Assembly (NCBI GenBank): GCA_031261635.1
Contig: JAISJH010000068.1
Span: 221-64,220, forward strand
DNA from: Oscillospiraceae bacterium
Lineage (GTDB): Bacteria; Bacillota; Clostridia; Oscillospirales; Oscillospiraceae
Length of the DNA: 64,000 bases
Reading direction: 5' to 3'
Translations under genes and position numbers: made by a program
The notes under the pieces: model-generated
Told to the model about the DNA's origin: nothing
The model's input: the letters and a program-made list of their open reading frames with translations, nothing else
Database searches by the model: none
Shown: piece by piece, positions 61,575 through 64,000 of the stretch
Numbering within the stretch: the stretch's first letter is position 1
How the letters are laid out: every line of letters begins with the position of its first letter

Positions 61575-62429
61575 ATGGAAAAAGGCTTAGGTCGCGGCTT
61601 GTCCGCGCTGTTTGGTTCCGCGGCGGACGCGGAGGAACTCGAATGTGTGTATCTCCCGCTCGTTTCCGTCGAACCGAACGATACTCAGCCGCGAAAGCTC
61701 TTTGACGAGGAGGCGCTTGCGGAACTCGCGGACTCTATCGCGCGTCACGGCGTGCTTCAGCCGCTCGCGGTGCGAAAATTGTCGGGCGGGAGCTACAGCA
61801 TTATCGCGGGTGAACGCCGCTGGAGAGCGGCGCGGCTCGCCGGGCTTGATACTGTCCCCTGCCGGATACTCGACGTTGACGAACGCACGGGAGCGGAACT
61901 AGCGCTTGTGGAAAACCTCCAGCGCGAGGACCTGAACGCGCTCGAGGAAGCGCGGGGTTTTCGTCGGCTTATCGACGACTACAGCCTTACGCAGGAGCAG
62001 ATTTCAGAGGCGGTCGGTAAATCGCGCCCGGCCGTAGCAAACGCCCTGCGTCTGCTATCGCTGCCGGAGGAGGTATTAACGCTCGTGGAAAGCGGAAAAC
62101 TATCCCCGGGTCACGCAAGGGCGGTGCTGAAACTGGACGGCGAGAAGCTGCGGCGCAAGCTCGCGAACGTAATAGTTCGCGACGGCTTGTCGGTTCGTGA
62201 AGCCGAGGCCGCCGCAAAGAAGCTACAGGATTTAGGCGACGCGCCGCTCGAAGCCGTAGTAAAACCTCCCGACAAGCGGACGCTTCATATTAGAGATCTC
62301 GAACAGAAACTAACAACCGAGCTGAAACGCAAAGTAGCAATCTCCGGCAAAGGCAAACGCGGGAGGCTGATACTGGAATACTACGACCTGAACGATTTGG
62401 ACAGTTTGATAAATGCCTTGCGCGGGTAG
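61575..62429 (+). CDS. parB: ParB/Spo0J/Noc family chromosome partition protein
   Basis: GLGRGLSALF, PNDTQPRKLFDEEALAELADSIARHGVLQPLAVR, and GERRWRAA. There is no adjacent parA in this window. Confidence 0.85.
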   Translation: MEKGLGRGLSALFGSAADAEELECVYLPLVSVEPNDTQPRKLFDEEALAELADSIARHGVLQPLAVRKLSGGSYSIIAGERRWRAARLAGLDTVPCRILDVDERTGAELALVENLQREDLNALEEARGFRRLIDDYSLTQEQISEAVGKSRPAVANALRLLSLPEEVLTLVESGKLSPGHARAVLKLDGEKLRRKLANVIVRDGLSVREAEAAAKKLQDLGDAPLEAVVKPPDKRTLHIRDLEQKLTTELKRKVAISGKGKRGRLILEYYDLNDLDSLINALRG

Positions 62430-62431
62430 CA

Positions 62432-62895
62432 CTCCCCGCAGGACGCACCCCCCGCCTCTGCGGAGGCACCCCCCTCTAAAGAGGGGGGCTTTGGAGGGTA
62501 GGACGGAGATGCGCCGCGCACGGCGCGGGCGCAACCCCCGTCCAATCCCACGTCCCGGCGCAGTGCGCCGTCTTTGCGAGCCGCGGAACGCTTGCGATAC
62601 GTAGCATTGAGACCGGCGCGGCAATCCAGTGCCGCAGTCAGCAGATACGTATGTTATGTTCCCGGCAAATACGTATGTTACGCTCCCGGCACTGGATTGC
62701 TTCGCGCCTGTAATGTTCTACGTATCGCAAGTGCGGCGGCGCTCGCAAAGACGGCGCACGGCGCCGGGACGTAGGACGCAGGCGCGGGGGGTGCCGCGTC
62801 CCCCGTCCAAACCCACGTCTCTGATATCTGATATTTGCTAACTGTTAACTGAACCACCGTCTCTGATATTTGATATTTGCTAACTGTTATCTGGT
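62432..62895. repeat. composite intergenic mosaic repeat ending in a 2 x 42-bp terminal-module array
   Basis: CCCCTCTAAAGAGGGG hairpin, the GTCTTTGCGAGCCGCG...CAATCCAGTGCCGC...CCGGCACTGGATTGCTTCGCGCC...GCGCTCGCAAAGAC palindrome, and terminal modules starting at 62816 and 62858. Confidence 0.9.
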
Positions 62896-62923
62896 AAAAA
62901 TAACTGTTATTTAGGTGCAACTT

Positions 62924-63202
62924 ATGGATAACAAACTCATCAATGTTGGCTTTGGCAATTTGGTTTCCGCTCGGCGGGTGCTTTCGCTTGTTCAGCCGGA
63001 GTCCTCGCCTGTTAAGCGGGTTATCGCTGAGGCTCGTGAGAACTCGAAGCTTATTGACGCTACGTTCGGGCGCAAGACGCGCACGGTTATTTTCTGCGAC
63101 ACGGGGCATATTGTCCTCTCCGCGCTTGATGTTGAAACGCTTTCTCTCCGCTTGTCAGAGGATAACGCCGGGCAATTCGGAATTGAAACGGAGGCTGATT
63201 AA
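62924..63202 (+). CDS. remA: RemA (DUF370) family regulator
   Basis: MDNKLINVGFGNLVSARRVLSLVQPESSPVKRVIAEARENSKLIDATFGRKTRTVIF; the conserved remA-gmk arrangement. ATG at 62924 follows AGGTG. Confidence 0.85.
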   Translation: MDNKLINVGFGNLVSARRVLSLVQPESSPVKRVIAEARENSKLIDATFGRKTRTVIFCDTGHIVLSALDVETLSLRLSEDNAGQFGIETEAD

Positions 63203-63769
63203 ATGGCTAAACTATTCGTACTCTCGGGACCGTCCGGAGCGGGCAAGAGCAGTATTCTGAAGCGCGTTCTGGAGGAAACACCGAACGTGGCGTTTTCAGT
63301 TTCCGCGACTACGCGCGCCCCGCGCCCCGGCGAGGTTGACGGCGTGCATTATTATTTTATCACACCGGAGGAGTTCCGCAGACGTATCGCGGACGGCGAG
63401 CTGCTTGAATACAACGAGCATTTTGACACCTACTACGGAACGCCGCGCGGCGAGGTTAGCGACCGGCTCGCAAGCGGCGTGAACGTTATACTCGACATAG
63501 AAACCAAGGGCGCGAAGCAGGTTTTTGACAAATGCCCGGAGGCCGTAGGAGTATTCTGCTTCCCGCCGAGCTTTGAAATACTGGAGGAACGCCTTCGCGG
63601 GCGCGGCACCGACAGCGAGGAAAAAATTCGCCAGCGACTTGAAAAAGCCCGCGAGGAATACGGGGAGCGCGGTAGCTACAGCTATCACATAATCAACGAC
63701 GACCTTGACGAGGCGGTCAACCGCTTCAAATGGATTATAGAACGTGAAAAAAATGAAAAAATTAAGTGA
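63203..63769 (+). CDS. gmk: guanylate kinase
   Basis: P-loop LSGPSGAGKS, SATTRAPRPGEVDGVHYYF, and YGT motifs; 188 aa. Confidence 0.95.
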   Translation: MAKLFVLSGPSGAGKSSILKRVLEETPNVAFSVSATTRAPRPGEVDGVHYYFITPEEFRRRIADGELLEYNEHFDTYYGTPRGEVSDRLASGVNVILDIETKGAKQVFDKCPEAVGVFCFPPSFEILEERLRGRGTDSEEKIRQRLEKAREEYGERGSYSYHIINDDLDEAVNRFKWIIEREKNEKIK

Positions 63770-64000
63770 CGCGCCAAAGAAACAGAATAAGAAGCTGCAA
63801 TGGGTATACCGGATACTATATATCATAGTCGCGGGAATGATTTTTCTGGAAATTCTGAACCGCAACTGGTATAACGTTTTCCTCTGCGCTTTAACACTGA
63901 CGCTGTGGGGTATCCCGCAGTTTATTGAGCGGCGTGCGCGGATAAATATTCCCGACACGCTTGAAATTATCATACTGCTGTTCATATTCGCCGCTGAAAT
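63753..64000 (+). CDS. hypothetical membrane protein, 5' part (runs off the window end)
   Basis: ATG at 63753 overlaps the end of gmk. The frame is open to 64000: MKKLSDAPKKQNKKLQWVYRILYIIVAGMIFLEILNRNWYNVFLCALTLTLWGIPQFIERRARINIPDTLEIIILLFIFAAE. It is not in the ORF track because it is incomplete. Confidence 0.5.
   Translation, partial: MKKLSDAPKKQNKKLQWVYRILYIIVAGMIFLEILNRNWYNVFLCALTLTLWGIPQFIERRARINIPDTLEIIILLFIFAAE

Overview
This is a chromosomal window from what looks like a Gram-positive, Clostridia-like bacterium. That is inferred from GGAGG ribosome-binding sites, TTGACA/TATAAT promoters, gatCAB, remA-gmk and SLH-type surface proteins. Housekeeping genes include nadB, mreD, PBP2, gatCAB, hemW, rpoZ, priA, def, trmD, rnhA, parB, remA and gmk. 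Accessory content includes ArsR/Cd-Zn P-type ATPase metal resistance, a thiolase/SDR/cyclase/HCDH/BKACE/CoA-transferase/symporter catabolic cluster, several type II toxin-antitoxin pairs, and an HTH gene followed by four paralogous membrane proteins.

Two things stand out.

(1) 34.8-53.4 kb holds an 18.6-kb block of five paralogous, roughly 0.85-1.05 kaa SLH-domain S-layer-type genes. Only one (42292..45345, minus strand) has a promoter, SD, ATG and signal peptide. The other four are 5'-truncated at an identical 42-bp sequence, which in the expressed gene lies at the signal-peptide cleavage region. Each silent copy is preceded by a shared non-coding leader, and three of the four also by an intrinsic terminator. 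A tyrosine recombinase gene sits between the expressed copy and the first opposite-strand cassette. I read this as a single-expression-site, multi-cassette site-specific inversion system for S-layer antigenic variation, with HigB/Gp49-like toxin modules embedded between the cassettes.

(2) Outside that block, almost every intergenic spacer, including spacers inside apparent operons, is filled with a mosaic repeat family. By my hand estimate it covers about 8 kb, roughly 12% of the window. It is built from AT-rich 7-bp-periodic terminal modules (ACAGTTATCAAATATCAAATATCAGAGACG) and chains of GC-rich palindromes, including a roughly 200-bp nested stem-loop with CAATCCAGTGCCGG / CTGGATTGCTTCGC arms in at least 12 copies.

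I saw no rRNA, tRNA or CRISPR array. All coordinates and motif matches were derived by eye from the sequence; no database search was possible.
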